Part shown: positions 17,969 to 28,274 of the stretch, in pieces | How positions within the stretch are numbered: the stretch's first letter is position 1 | How the letters are laid out: every line of letters begins with the position of its first letter | Source of the DNA: Acaryochloris thomasi RCC1774 | GTDB lineage: Bacteria > Cyanobacteriota > Cyanobacteriia > Thermosynechococcales > Thermosynechococcaceae | Direction of reading: 5' to 3' | Assembly (NCBI RefSeq): GCF_003231495.1 | Contig: NZ_PQWO01000001.1 | Location: 489,308 to 553,307 of the forward strand | Length of the DNA stretch: 64,000 nt | Notes under the pieces: model-generated | Seen by the model: the letters and a program-made list of their open reading frames with translations, nothing else | Told to the model about the DNA's origin: nothing | Database searches by the model: none | Made by a program: the position numbers and the translations under genes

Positions 17969-18373
17969 TAGGGCTTATCTGTGTGCAAGCATTTACGGCC
18001 TAAGGGTTGGTGACTACGAACAGAGCCGTTCAACAATCATTCTAGTCCTCTTGATCCTTGACAGAAAGAAAGGCCGCTTCCTCGGTCAGTCGTCGTACTA
18101 CTATCTACTCTTTTTTTGAAATTTAGGCAGAGTTTCTCGCGTCACTCAGTTGCCAAAAACCTACTTTACAGATTTAATATTCTACGACAAGTCGTCGAAC
18201 ACTAAATACTTCATGATTCTCTTATGGAGAGGGGCTTATAGCCAGACAGAATTTCATTTTCTAGTCGCTTTCTTGATCTAAGTATTTAAGATTTAAGATT
18301 GTTTTTCGTTTGACGGTCAGTCATACAAAGCCGAGGAGAGAAGTCTTTCACTTATCATGACTTCATCGGTTTA

Positions 18374-19861
18374 GTGGTTCATTCTTTGAGACAAAATAAC
18401 ATTCGACTCAGCAGGTTCTTTCTAACATTAGTGAGTGGTGGTTTAATTACCCTAGTGTTTCCCAAATTGAGTTGGGCTGAAACACCGTCCTTTCCTCAGC
18501 CTCGCTCAACTTCACCAGAGCCGACGCTAACTTCTACAGCTGAGACGGTTACCTCAACAAGTCCTAACTCAGCCTCGCAGAATGTGCAGGATTTACAGCC
18601 AGCCAATCTAGAAGTGCGTTCGGTGGAGAATATCGCCGATGCTGCTCACCTCTTCGGCTCTGCTCCTCAAGCAATCAATCCTCAGATTCATGCTGAAGAA
18701 ATCAATGCGATAGAGACTCCGGCAATATCTCCAGAGGTTAGCTTCTCGCCCCTAACAATGTCAGGGACGGAGCATCCCTTCAGTGACGCTTCATCAGAAC
18801 GCCGACTTTCTGAAGTGTTGGCCGCAGGGTTCCAAAACGCAACCCTGCTAGCGGATGCCCCTAACGATCCGGAAGGAGACGAAGCCGGAACTCGCAGCAA
18901 CAAATGGGATCCAGGCCGTCCTGACAGTCACGCTCCTATCGGGGTGATGGGCGACCATACCCACAGCAAAAGCGAAGTTATGCTGTCCTATCGCTATATG
19001 CGGATGGGGATGAGCGGGAATCTAGACGGCAGGAATAATCTCACTCCCGAGGAAGTTTTGGCCGACTTTCAGATCACTCCGCTCCGGATGACCACTGAGA
19101 TGCATATGTTCGGGGCCATGTATGCGCCAACGGATGAGCTGACGCTGATGGTGATGGCTCCCTACGTGATCAAAAGCATGGATCACCTCACGCGGATGGG
19201 CACGAACTTTACTACTAACTCTGAAGGGTTTGGTGATATTCGTTTGTCGGGGCTATACAAAGTCTTTGATCGCAGTAATCAACGAATACATTTCAACGCT
19301 GGCATTAGCTTCCCGACTGGCTCCATTAGTGAGAAAGATGCAACGCCTGCTGGCCCAAATCAGGTCTTGCCCTACCCGATGCAGACCGGGTCTGGCACGT
19401 TTAATTTGATGCCTGGTATCACTTATCTCGGTCAAGCTGGCAGTTGGTCTTGGGGTGGTCAGGGAATGGGCACGATTCGTCTGGGCCGCAATGTCCAAGA
19501 GTACCGACTCGGGAACCAGCTTAGCTTGACCGCTTGGGGTGCCCGCAAATGGTCAAAGTCTATCAGTACATCATTACGGCTGAAGGGACGAATCTTAGGC
19601 AATAACGTCGGCGAAGATCCCCGTTTAGCGCCGGGGAACCTATTAGAGCCACCGCTGATTCCTACTATTGATCCAGAGTTGCGGGGTGGTTCTCGGGTTG
19701 ATCTGAGTGTGGGACTCAATTTTCTTGCTCAAAAGGGATTTCTCAAGGGGCATCGCTTTGCTCTGGAAGCAGGACTGCCTATCTTCCAGTCTCTCTCTGG
19801 GCCTCAGCTTGAGAATGATTTTACGATTACGGTGGGCTGGCAAAAGGCTTTTAAGCCCTAG
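18374..19861 (+). CDS. Putative outer-membrane beta-barrel protein with an S/T/P-rich N-terminal extension
   Basis: Signal peptide (LITLVFPKLSWA), a low-complexity region, then alternating amphipathic beta-strand-like segments. The Met/His-rich stretch DHTHSKSEVMLSYRYMRMGM is suggestive of metal binding, which is not established. Confidence 0.4.
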   Translation: MVHSLRQNNIRLSRFFLTLVSGGLITLVFPKLSWAETPSFPQPRSTSPEPTLTSTAETVTSTSPNSASQNVQDLQPANLEVRSVENIADAAHLFGSAPQAINPQIHAEEINAIETPAISPEVSFSPLTMSGTEHPFSDASSERRLSEVLAAGFQNATLLADAPNDPEGDEAGTRSNKWDPGRPDSHAPIGVMGDHTHSKSEVMLSYRYMRMGMSGNLDGRNNLTPEEVLADFQITPLRMTTEMHMFGAMYAPTDELTLMVMAPYVIKSMDHLTRMGTNFTTNSEGFGDIRLSGLYKVFDRSNQRIHFNAGISFPTGSISEKDATPAGPNQVLPYPMQTGSGTFNLMPGITYLGQAGSWSWGGQGMGTIRLGRNVQEYRLGNQLSLTAWGARKWSKSISTSLRLKGRILGNNVGEDPRLAPGNLLEPPLIPTIDPELRGGSRVDLSVGLNFLAQKGFLKGHRFALEAGLPIFQSLSGPQLENDFTITVGWQKAFKP

Positions 19862-19878
19862 ACATGGGAAGCCTTTGT

Positions 19879-20532
19879 CTAGCCGTTGCCCGACAGGTGG
19901 TTGTCATCCTTGATCAGGGGCTTCATCTCAGTCCAGATCTGTTCGAGGGCATCGGTCATGGCGTGGTCAGTTTCAAGGGGGATGAGTCTGGTTCCAGATC
20001 GCTGAACGGCATATTTCTCACTTGCGGTGATTGGAATCGTGGTGTCTTGGGTTCCATGCAGAATCAGGGTGGGGACAGGGCGCTGTAGCTCGTCATCTCG
20101 ATAGGTTGAGAGGTCTTCAAAAAATCGGTAGCTCAGCGGCAAGGCTTGCTGAGCGCTGTGATGATAGACCGCTAAGGTTCCCTGCTCCTGCCACTGCTGC
20201 CGCTGAGCTTCGCCCAGAATCGGGAGCCAGTGATTGAGAAAGCCGAAGGCGGGAGCCAATAGAATAAGCTGCTGCACAGCAGGCTGTCGCTGAGCCACCC
20301 ATGCTGCCGTTAGTCCGCCAAAGCTAGAGCCGATGATTGTCCAGGGGGTTGCTGTATCCAAAATCTGATGAACTTGCTGGATCTGGCGGGAAAGGGTCAG
20401 GTGTAAAAAATCATCCTGATTTAGGTCAGGGATCTGAAGGCTGAAGCCGAGGGATTGGATGCGATCACAAAGATATTGCGCTTTCTGAGACTGCGGCCCC
20501 GAAGCAAAGCCGTGCAAGTACAGATAATTCAT
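19879..20532 (-). CDS. YqiA-like alpha/beta-hydrolase esterase
   Basis: Start taken at MNYLYLHGFASGP; serine nucleophile elbow GSSFGG. The track ORF has a 48-codon upstream extension that I do not trust. Confidence 0.65.
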   Translation of the reverse strand: MNYLYLHGFASGPQSQKAQYLCDRIQSLGFSLQIPDLNQDDFLHLTLSRQIQQVHQILDTATPWTIIGSSFGGLTAAWVAQRQPAVQQLILLAPAFGFLNHWLPILGEAQRQQWQEQGTLAVYHHSAQQALPLSYRFFEDLSTYRDDELQRPVPTLILHGTQDTTIPITASEKYAVQRSGTRLIPLETDHAMTDALEQIWTEMKPLIKDDNHLSGNG

Positions 20533-20614
20533 GGGAACAGCCCAGAAAGGGTCAGTAAAGTCATATTGGCCTTTGAGATTGCTATCTTTAAGAAGCAAAT
20601 GTGTTGGTGTTGCA

Positions 20615-21526
20615 ATGGAGTGGACTGATCTAAAGCAACTTGATAACCTTATTTTGGGAACCAAAGCTCTAGGCACACAGATCGAAGAAATTGGTGTTTC
20701 AGGTGAGGGAAGATCACTCTATGGAGTGACAGTAGGCGATAAACCTGCTACCCGTACAATCGTTATCATTGCAGGCTGTCATGCTGATGAGATTATTGGC
20801 CCACTTGCTGCTGTATCTATGATTCAAGACCTGGTACGACAGCCTCTTCTAGGTGTGAAATTTAAGATCGTACCAGTTGTTGATCCAGATTTTCTACATC
20901 GAAACGCAGAAGCATTACCAGTAACCCCTACTTTGCACGATTTGCTCAGCGTGAATCAAAACCGTGATCTAGAAGGGCACTTTACTGACAAAACTTACCC
21001 TGAATGCGTCGCTATTCGTCAGTGGATTCAACGATCTGCTCAGATTGACGCTTACTTTTCCTTGCACTCAGCAGGTTTAATTTCGCCAGGACTGTTTTTC
21101 TACGTGGGCAGTGGTACTGAGACGCGCTGTGTTGGTCATGTAGCAGATTGCGTTGCTGCTGCGACGCCCGACTACATTCCACTCTTGACTCATGATCCGA
21201 CCGGAGAAACTCAAACAGTTTTGTCTCCAGGATTTCTAGAAGTGGCTATTCCTAATGTCGAAGAGCTAGATCCAGAAAAGCCTAGCAATTCTCTTGCCTT
21301 CATCGCGCATCACTTTCAGCCTCAGTTCATTGGAGTCTCGGAGATACCCTTGGCCGTCTGTCCTGCGCTAAGTAACGTTTCACTATCTGAAATTGATCAA
21401 TGCAATCGTCGATTCAGTCGGACAGGCCATATCGACCATGCATTTCAAGAAATTAGCTTGGATACCCAATTGTTCATCATAAAAACTTTTATTGAATCTG
21501 TTGCTCAGTATATCGTTACCGCATAA
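20615..21526 (+). CDS. Zinc carboxypeptidase-like protein (M14 / succinylglutamate-desuccinylase-aspartoacylase superfamily)
   Basis: Start at MEWTD. The HxxE zinc-binding motif IIAGCHADEIIG is present. The 5' extension in the track overlaps the divergent esterase gene. Confidence 0.4.
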   Translation: MEWTDLKQLDNLILGTKALGTQIEEIGVSGEGRSLYGVTVGDKPATRTIVIIAGCHADEIIGPLAAVSMIQDLVRQPLLGVKFKIVPVVDPDFLHRNAEALPVTPTLHDLLSVNQNRDLEGHFTDKTYPECVAIRQWIQRSAQIDAYFSLHSAGLISPGLFFYVGSGTETRCVGHVADCVAAATPDYIPLLTHDPTGETQTVLSPGFLEVAIPNVEELDPEKPSNSLAFIAHHFQPQFIGVSEIPLAVCPALSNVSLSEIDQCNRRFSRTGHIDHAFQEISLDTQLFIIKTFIESVAQYIVTA

Positions 21527-21653
21527 GCTCACGAATGGTCAGTCAATGTCATCTCTCTTGCTCGGGCGGAGGGCAGGGCTAGATCAGCTTCGGTCAATAG
21601 AAGCGTGTATAGAGTAGCTATTGCCCATGTCCCACGCCCCATTCTCTCCCTGT

Positions 21654-22490
21654 ATGAAAATTGGCATTGTTGGTTTAGGTCTCATCGGTGGTTCCCTCGG
21701 ACTTGATTTCCGTGCTCTAGGCCACCAGGTTTTAGGCGTCAGCCGGAAGCCTCAGACCTGTGAGCTGGCGCTGCAGCGGGGAGCGGTCGATCAAGCTAGC
21801 GACGATCTGTCGCTGTTGTCAACAGCAGACGTTGTTTTTATTTGTACACCGTTGGGATCGATGCGAAACGTTGTTGAGCGGCTTATTCCCTATTTATACA
21901 CCGATGCTATTGTTACCGATGTTGGGTCGGTGAAAGCCTCTGTCGTCGATGCTCTTCATCCCCTATGGCCTCGTTTTTTAGGAGGCCATCCCATGTCTGG
22001 GACTGAGGCGGCAGGCATTGAAGCCGCGCAGTCAAACTTATTTCAGGGTAATTCCTATGTGCTGACACCCGTTGATGAAACACCAGCAGAGATTATCCCC
22101 ATTGTTGAACCCCTTGTCCAAAGCCTCGGGGGAACGGTGTATAAATGTGCCCCCGCAGAACATGATCGCGCGGTGGCCTGGATTTCTCATTTACCTGCGA
22201 TCGCAAGCACAACCCTGATCGCAGCCTGCCTCCAAGAGACTGACTCAGACGTGTTCAAACTCGCTCAAGATCTCGCCAGCTCGGGCTTCCGCGACACCAG
22301 CCGAGTCGGAGGCGGCAACCCCGAACTCACCCGCATGATGGCCGAACACAACCCGGATGCACTGCTGCAATCCTTAAGAGCCTATCGCCAGACCCTAGAC
22401 CAGTTGACCCAGCTCATTGAGCAAGGCGACTGGGACACGCTAGAAGCCCAGTGCATCCAAACACAAAAGATTCGCCCTCAATTCATGTAG
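21654..22490 (+). CDS. tyrA: Arogenate/prephenate dehydrogenase
   Basis: Rossmann motif MKIGIVGLGLIGGSLG plus the TyrA catalytic region (HPMSGTE..., SHLPA). Confidence 0.85.
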   Translation: MKIGIVGLGLIGGSLGLDFRALGHQVLGVSRKPQTCELALQRGAVDQASDDLSLLSTADVVFICTPLGSMRNVVERLIPYLYTDAIVTDVGSVKASVVDALHPLWPRFLGGHPMSGTEAAGIEAAQSNLFQGNSYVLTPVDETPAEIIPIVEPLVQSLGGTVYKCAPAEHDRAVAWISHLPAIASTTLIAACLQETDSDVFKLAQDLASSGFRDTSRVGGGNPELTRMMAEHNPDALLQSLRAYRQTLDQLTQLIEQGDWDTLEAQCIQTQKIRPQFM

Positions 22491-23589
22491 CCGTCGCGGT
22501 TAGAGCATCATGCTGACATCCCAAGGAGCCGAAGCGCTCCCAGCTAAAGGATTCCAGCAAAGGATCTGTCGTTTGCGTTAGAACCAATTCAGCAATCAGC
22601 GCAGCAGTAATTGGAGTGAGTAAAATGCCGTTGCGATAATGTCCGGTTGCAAGCACTAAATTCTCATAGGGACTCGCCCCTAGAATCGGCAGCTCATCCG
22701 GTGTCGTGGGTCGGAAGCCCCACCAAAATTCTTCCATCACGTAGTCGGCAAAACCCGGGAATAGACGAGTCGCCGCCGTCAAAAGCTGCTGAATACCCGC
22801 AGGGGTATTGTGGGGCGCGAAACCCACATCTTCACTCGTGGCCCCCACCACAATCTGGCCCCCCTGGCGCGGCACCAGGTAGATTTCGGAACCGAACAAG
22901 ACCTGATTGAGCCGAACGGCATGGGGTTGTGCCTTGACAGAGAGCAACTGCCCCTTACGCGGAAAAACCGGTACCGGCAGCAGATCTGCAGACCAAGCCC
23001 CGGTAGTCAGCACATAGGTCTGGGCCTGCCAATCGCCAGCCGTTGTCTCAACCTGCGTAATCCGGTGGGCATCATGCTGAATCTTTTTCACCGTTATGCC
23101 ATCAAAAAGCTGAACTCCAAGCTGCTGAGCTGCAGCATAGAGCACCTGCGCCAGCGCTCTGTTGTTCACCTGAGCATCATCTGGGAACCACCAGCCCCCT
23201 TTAACTTCAGCGCTTAACCCCGGCTGCCGCTGATTGAGGGTCTCGGGCTGCAGCCAGTCTGATGCATGGAGCGAGTGACCCGGCGGCGGCTCATACAAGG
23301 GAGATAAAATACCACAGGGCCAGTACCCGGCGTCTAAGCCAGTGAGTTCTTCTAACCCTTGAATCCAGTCGGGGTACATCGACCGGCTTTGCAAGCAAAG
23401 GTCTAGCATAGAGCTAGCAGCTAACCCCTCTGCTTGGGGGGCCAGCATCCCGGCGGCGGCATGAACGGCTGCTTCTTCAAAACTACGGCTAAGGACAGTC
23501 ACCTGTCGGTCTTGACGGGCCAGCTCAATGGCTGTCGCTAACCCCATTGCACCGCCACCGATGATTAGAATATCTGCACTGGAGTTCAT
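22483..23589 (-). CDS. thiO: FAD-dependent glycine oxidase (ThiO-like)
   Basis: FAD-binding ILIIGGGAMGLATAIELA, DAO-family length and C-terminal motif. It overlaps the tyrA stop by 8 bp, convergently. Confidence 0.75.
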   Translation of the reverse strand: MNSSADILIIGGGAMGLATAIELARQDRQVTVLSRSFEEAAVHAAAGMLAPQAEGLAASSMLDLCLQSRSMYPDWIQGLEELTGLDAGYWPCGILSPLYEPPPGHSLHASDWLQPETLNQRQPGLSAEVKGGWWFPDDAQVNNRALAQVLYAAAQQLGVQLFDGITVKKIQHDAHRITQVETTAGDWQAQTYVLTTGAWSADLLPVPVFPRKGQLLSVKAQPHAVRLNQVLFGSEIYLVPRQGGQIVVGATSEDVGFAPHNTPAGIQQLLTAATRLFPGFADYVMEEFWWGFRPTTPDELPILGASPYENLVLATGHYRNGILLTPITAALIAELVLTQTTDPLLESFSWERFGSLGCQHDALTATAT

Positions 23590-23655
23590 TCAGGCTGTGA
23601 CGTATCTATCAAAATAAGGCATCACTTAATTCTATAGTGAATCTCCTGTCTCTCG

Positions 23656-24276
23656 TTGCTCTCCGATAAGGCTATCAACATGACTCAAGTATCCATCGCA
23701 GCGCTCGTTGCGGCCGCTCGCTCTGGTCGGTTGGTGAGTTTTCCCACCGATACGGTCCCGGCGTTGGCAGCCTGTCCCACCGCGACACACGCTATTTATG
23801 CTGCAAAACATCGTCCGGCGGATAAACCTCTAATTTTGATGGCTGCAACACCGGGCGAACTCTGGCCGTTTGTCCAAGGCAGTACAGAAGAACAACGGTG
23901 CTGGCAGCAGATGGCGGCTCGCTCTTGGCCAGGGGCCGTAACGCTGGTTCTACCCGCCAGCGATCGCATCCCGCCAGGACTTGGCTCTCAGGCTAGAACG
24001 ATTGGTTTGAGAGTCCCCCAGTGGACCCTGACCCAAATTATTCTGCAGCAAACGGGCCCACTCGCCACCACCAGCGTCAATGAATCTAATCACCCTCCCC
24101 TGCTATCAGTGGCAGAAATACAAGACCAGTTTCCAGATGTGCTGCTGTCCCAGGACTGGCCGCTTCCGACAGTTCCTGAAGGGCAGCCCCCCATTCCCTC
24201 AACGGTCATGCAGTGGACGGGCGGTTCTGAGTGGAGCGTTCTCCGGCAGGGGGCGGCCAGAGTTGAGATTTTGTGA
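23656..24276 (+). CDS. tsaC: L-threonylcarbamoyladenylate synthase (YrdC/Sua5 family)
   Basis: YrdC-domain motifs SFPTDTVPALAA, KPLILMA and LRVP. Confidence 0.7.
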   Translation: MLSDKAINMTQVSIAALVAAARSGRLVSFPTDTVPALAACPTATHAIYAAKHRPADKPLILMAATPGELWPFVQGSTEEQRCWQQMAARSWPGAVTLVLPASDRIPPGLGSQARTIGLRVPQWTLTQIILQQTGPLATTSVNESNHPPLLSVAEIQDQFPDVLLSQDWPLPTVPEGQPPIPSTVMQWTGGSEWSVLRQGAARVEIL

Positions 24277-24663
24277 TCCGGTAAAGGAGAGCACCACAAA
24301 CTGATTGGCAATGCCCAAGACCTTCAAGGAATGTAGGGGCAGCTCCGTTGTATATAAGCTAAACAGCCAGAGATTCTGGCGCTGGGTGTTGTAAGTCACA
24401 AACTGCTGAATATCAGCAGCGCTGTCCACGGATAAGGTTTTGCAACTATTTCCCCACAGCTTTTCGAGTACATCAGATTGCTGCTGGTTGGCCTGACAAA
24501 TATCACGCAGCAGCAAGTCCACTGTTTGCTGCGTTGCAAATTCGCTGTAGGCCGACTCACCAGGATTGGAAAGCACTAACAGCGCACTCATGCCCGTTAC
24601 AACAACTGCACTGAGGTACTGAATGCTTTTAGTGGCTATGGCCGCCATAGAATCTGTCGCCAT
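24199..24663 (-). CDS. Hypothetical protein
   Basis: ORF only. Its 5' end overlaps the tsaC 3' end, so the real start is probably internal. Confidence 0.25.
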   Translation of the reverse strand: MATDSMAAIATKSIQYLSAVVVTGMSALLVLSNPGESAYSEFATQQTVDLLLRDICQANQQQSDVLEKLWGNSCKTLSVDSAADIQQFVTYNTQRQNLWLFSLYTTELPLHSLKVLGIANQFVVLSFTGSQNLNSGRPLPENAPLRTARPLHDR

Positions 24664-24752
24664 TTCACAGATGATATTTCATTAAGGCTGGAAATAAAGC
24701 TACACACCTTTACCCCATTTTAACGGTCACTCATGACTCTGAGTATCGGACT

Positions 24753-25526
24753 CTAGGTTGTTTTAAGCAGTTGTTCCATGACTGCAGGATTGAGGGGTAA
24801 ATCTAGCACTTGACCGTCCAGTACAAAAAATGGGGTGCGGTCAATGCCGATCTGTTCTCCGAGTGTGACATCTGCTTGGATGGCGGCTGCGGCTGCAGGA
24901 CTGTTGCGATCGCGATTAAATTGCTCCATTTTCAGCTCAAGCCGTTGGGCAATCTCGATATACAACGTTTCCCCAAGTTCTTCTTGCTGAGCGAACAGTG
25001 CATCATGGTACTCCCAGAATTTATTCTGCTGTTGGGCCGCCCACGAGGCTTGAGCTGCAGCTTGGGCTTGGTCATGAATCGTTGTGAGCGGGAAGTGCTT
25101 ATAGACCAGGGTCACCTGCTCGGAATGCTCCTCGACAAACTGGCGGACTGCTGGAGCCGACATCGCGCAAAAGGGACATTCAAAGTCTGAGAACTCTAGC
25201 AGTAGCGCTTGATCTTGTGCGCCTTTAGTGGGGGATGCACCCGTCAGAACTTGAGGCTGGTTCGCCAGCTCTTTTAGAACCCCCTGCTGCTGTTGTCGCT
25301 GCGCCTGCCGTTTTTGCGCCTCATAGTTTTGAACTGATTCCAAGATCACTTCCGGGTGATCGCGGATAATTTGGAGAACCTGCTCTTCTAAAGAGGCCGC
25401 TGCCACCCCCAACGGATGAAAGGCAAACAGAAACAGCAAAGTAAGAATGATAGCGATTGTACGCAAGGGATTATTCTCCAAAACAGGATCAGGATAGATC
25501 AAACGCAAGCCGATCTGCAGGGGCAA
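24753..25526 (-). CDS. DsbA-like thiol:disulfide oxidoreductase (thioredoxin fold)
   Basis: Signal/TM N-terminus and the CxxC active site FECPFCAMSAP. Confidence 0.75.
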   Translation of the reverse strand: MPLQIGLRLIYPDPVLENNPLRTIAIILTLLFLFAFHPLGVAAASLEEQVLQIIRDHPEVILESVQNYEAQKRQAQRQQQQGVLKELANQPQVLTGASPTKGAQDQALLLEFSDFECPFCAMSAPAVRQFVEEHSEQVTLVYKHFPLTTIHDQAQAAAQASWAAQQQNKFWEYHDALFAQQEELGETLYIEIAQRLELKMEQFNRDRNSPAAAAAIQADVTLGEQIGIDRTPFFVLDGQVLDLPLNPAVMEQLLKTT

Positions 25527-25636
25527 TCGATGCAGATTCTTCTGATCAATGATGCAGATATCCGTGCAAATTCAGTCTAAATCAATATTGATCAGGCATA
25601 ATGACCCCAACTATCCAACAGATTGGAGAACATATC

Positions 25637-26110
25637 ATGGACCGTCGAACGTTTATGTCTTGGGTTGGGTTAGGGTTCGTCGCCACGAGCTTGCCCGTTG
25701 CGATCGCAGCTTGCTCTTCTGACACAGCTGAATCCCCGACTGCGGATGCACCCGCCGATGCCCCACCACCGCCACCACCAGGAGCGCCCGCCCGGGAAGA
25801 TGGTTTTGTTGAGGTCGGTACCGTTGCTGATCTAGACGCCAATGGTGCGATTGCAGATAAAGACTTTAGCGCCGGTCCTTTGTCTGTTTTTCGTGACCCT
25901 GCCAACAGTGAAGCGCTGATTGCGGTGAATGCCACCTGTGCCCACCAGGGCTGTGTCGCAGACTGGAGCAAAGATGCCAGTCTGCTCATCTGTCCCTGTC
26001 ACGGTTCTAAATTCAATCCCGACGGCAGCATTGACACCGGCCCTGTCGAAAAGCCCCTTGATGTCTTTGAAGCCAAAATTGATGGAGAGGCTGTGTTAGT
26101 CAAGGCTTAA
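25637..26110 (+). CDS. Small Rieske [2Fe-2S] protein with Tat signal and lipobox (PetC3-like)
   Basis: Twin-arginine motif MDRRTFMSW and the lipobox-like IAACSSD. A Pro/Ala-rich linker follows. Rieske boxes are CAHQGC and CPCHGS. Confidence 0.8.
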   Translation: MDRRTFMSWVGLGFVATSLPVAIAACSSDTAESPTADAPADAPPPPPPGAPAREDGFVEVGTVADLDANGAIADKDFSAGPLSVFRDPANSEALIAVNATCAHQGCVADWSKDASLLICPCHGSKFNPDGSIDTGPVEKPLDVFEAKIDGEAVLVKA

Positions 26111-26737
26111 CTTTAGATGAGGGGCGATTAGTATCGCCCCCAATCGATTCATCTGGAGGTGGATGTAGTCCAGCTTGAATCCAAAAGCGTCTTGCACTCT
26201 GAATAGAGTCATTCTCTGGATAGCGAGTATCGTTAAGATCAAGGCGGTTACAAGTCGCTCGCCCTATAGGAGAAAGCCCCTCAATCAAGATCCCGGCTGC
26301 CTCCCATAGCAGTATTCACATAGGTAGTTGGCTCTTTCTCGCACAAACTGCCAATCTATTTCATTAATCGGCATTCTGGGCCGCAGTCATCGCGTTAATG
26401 TGCGTAAAAATTCGGTCTAGTTCACCAATGGACTGGAGTTCTGTCTCTTCTTCCAAAGTCAATAGATCCGCCTTCCGTTTTTCTAAAAGCTTCTCCATCC
26501 GATCTTGCAAAGATTCGCTGAACTTGAACAGGTTCAAGTGCCCCACTTGTTCCATACGGATTTCATGGATAAGAGAAGACGGTTGAGTTAATACAGTAAC
26601 CACATTGCCTCCTTGCTCCCGCAAATTATAACAATTGCCCTATTGCCTCCCCCGTCTGTGCTTAGAAGCAAACAGGATCGGGGGAAGGACAACATGAGCA
26701 AGAACAAATGGCTGATCAAGCCAGTGAAGCTTTAGAT

Positions 26738-28168
26738 CTAGCCCCTGGGCGCTTCAGTAATGGTGGTCCATTCTGTGTGGAAGCTACCGTCTTTATCGAC
26801 GCGCTCGTAGGTGTGGGCACCAAAGAAGTCGCGCTGAGCCTGCGTCAGGTTCTGAGGCAAATGCTCACGCCGATAGGAATCAAAGTAATCAAGGGAGGCG
26901 CTAAAGGCAGGCACCGGCACCCCGATCTTGGCAGCGGTTGCCATCACTTCTCGCCACGCTTCTTGGCGATCTAAAATCGTCTGCTTAAACTCAGGTGCAA
27001 GCAGCAGATTGGAGAGGTTCGGATCATCAGAGAACGCTTTCTTGATCTTGTCTAGAAAGCCCGCTCGAATAATGCAGCCGCCTTTCCAAATGCGGGAAAT
27101 CTCGCCCAGATCGAGATTAAAGCCAAACTCCTTAGAAGCCGCGCCCATCAGCGCCATGCCCTGAGCGTAGGAGCAAATCTTAGAGCAGTACAGCGCATCC
27201 CGAACCTGATTGACAAAGGTCTGCTGATCGCCGTCATATTTCGCTGTGGGGCCTGACAGAATCTTCGAGGCTGCAATGCGCTCATCTTTGTAAGACGAAG
27301 CAATGCGCGCATTCACCGCTGCCGTAATGGTGGGAATGGGCACGCCCAGCTCTAGGGCGCTCATCACGGTCCAGCGGCCTGTGCCCTTTTGACCGGCTTT
27401 ATCCATAATCACGTCCACCAATGGCTTTTTGGTGTCAGGATCAATGTAGGTGAAGATCTCGGTTGTGATTTCAATCAAGAATGAATTTAGCTCATCCGTC
27501 TTGTTCCAGTCGGCAAAGACATCGTGCAGCTGAGCCGCCGTCAGCCCCACAGATCGGAGTAAATCGTAGGCTTCAGCAATGAGCTGCATGTCGCCATATT
27601 CAATGCCGTTGTGAACCATCTTGACGTAGTGACCTGCGCCCCCTGGACCGATATAGGTCACACAGGGACCGTCATCAACTTGAGCAGCAATCTTGGTCAG
27701 AATCGGCTCAAGATCGGTATAGGCTTCTTGAGTACCACCCGGCATTAGACTGGGGCCATTAAGTGCTCCTTCTTCGCCACCGCTGACGCCCATGCCAATA
27801 AACCGTAGGCCGTCTGCCTCTAACTCTTTGGTGCGACGAACCGTATCTTCGTAGAGAGAGTTACCGCCGTCAATGAGGGCATCGCCAGGCGAAAGCAGGG
27901 GCTTGAGCTGTTGAATAACGGCATCAACCGGGCCACCGGCTTTGACCATGATTACAATTCGGCGAGGCTGCGCGAGGGATTCCACCAATTCTTCTGGGGA
28001 ATAGGTGGGCTTGATATTTCGACCCGCAGCGCGCTCTTTCATAAACTCGTCGGTCCGAGAGGCGGTGCGGTTGTACACGGCGACGGGGAAGCCATTGCGT
28101 TCCACGTTGAGAGCGAGATTTTCACCCATCACGGCAAGGCCGATCAGACCAAATTGTTGCTGAGACAT
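26738..28168 (-). CDS. gnd: 6-phosphogluconate dehydrogenase (decarboxylating)
   Basis: GLIGLAVMGENLALN NADP-binding motif and full-length conservation (476 aa). Confidence 0.95.
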   Translation of the reverse strand: MSQQQFGLIGLAVMGENLALNVERNGFPVAVYNRTASRTDEFMKERAAGRNIKPTYSPEELVESLAQPRRIVIMVKAGGPVDAVIQQLKPLLSPGDALIDGGNSLYEDTVRRTKELEADGLRFIGMGVSGGEEGALNGPSLMPGGTQEAYTDLEPILTKIAAQVDDGPCVTYIGPGGAGHYVKMVHNGIEYGDMQLIAEAYDLLRSVGLTAAQLHDVFADWNKTDELNSFLIEITTEIFTYIDPDTKKPLVDVIMDKAGQKGTGRWTVMSALELGVPIPTITAAVNARIASSYKDERIAASKILSGPTAKYDGDQQTFVNQVRDALYCSKICSYAQGMALMGAASKEFGFNLDLGEISRIWKGGCIIRAGFLDKIKKAFSDDPNLSNLLLAPEFKQTILDRQEAWREVMATAAKIGVPVPAFSASLDYFDSYRREHLPQNLTQAQRDFFGAHTYERVDKDGSFHTEWTTITEAPRG

Positions 28169-28274
28169 CGGTGGACTTCCTTCGGAACACGTTCGCCTTC
28201 AGCCTAGCTTGATCCCCTTGGTGGCTGATGGGTGTGAGATTAAAACACTCTTGAGATTTCCTGAAATATTGCGG

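Noticed and set aside
18374-19861. Calling the outer-membrane protein a CopB/PcoB copper-resistance porin
   Set aside because: The Met/His-rich motifs are suggestive, but I cannot match the characteristic CopB repeats from memory, so I left it as a generic beta-barrel candidate.
20531-20614. 28-codon N-terminal extension of the M14-like ORF
   Set aside because: It would overlap the divergent esterase gene start, and the translation is atypical. The Met at 20615 (MEWTD...) gives a sensible start.
26118-26140. Hairpin gaggggcgattagtatcgccccc after the Rieske gene as a terminator
   Set aside because: The stem is good but there is no downstream T-tract. It was therefore not annotated as an intrinsic terminator.
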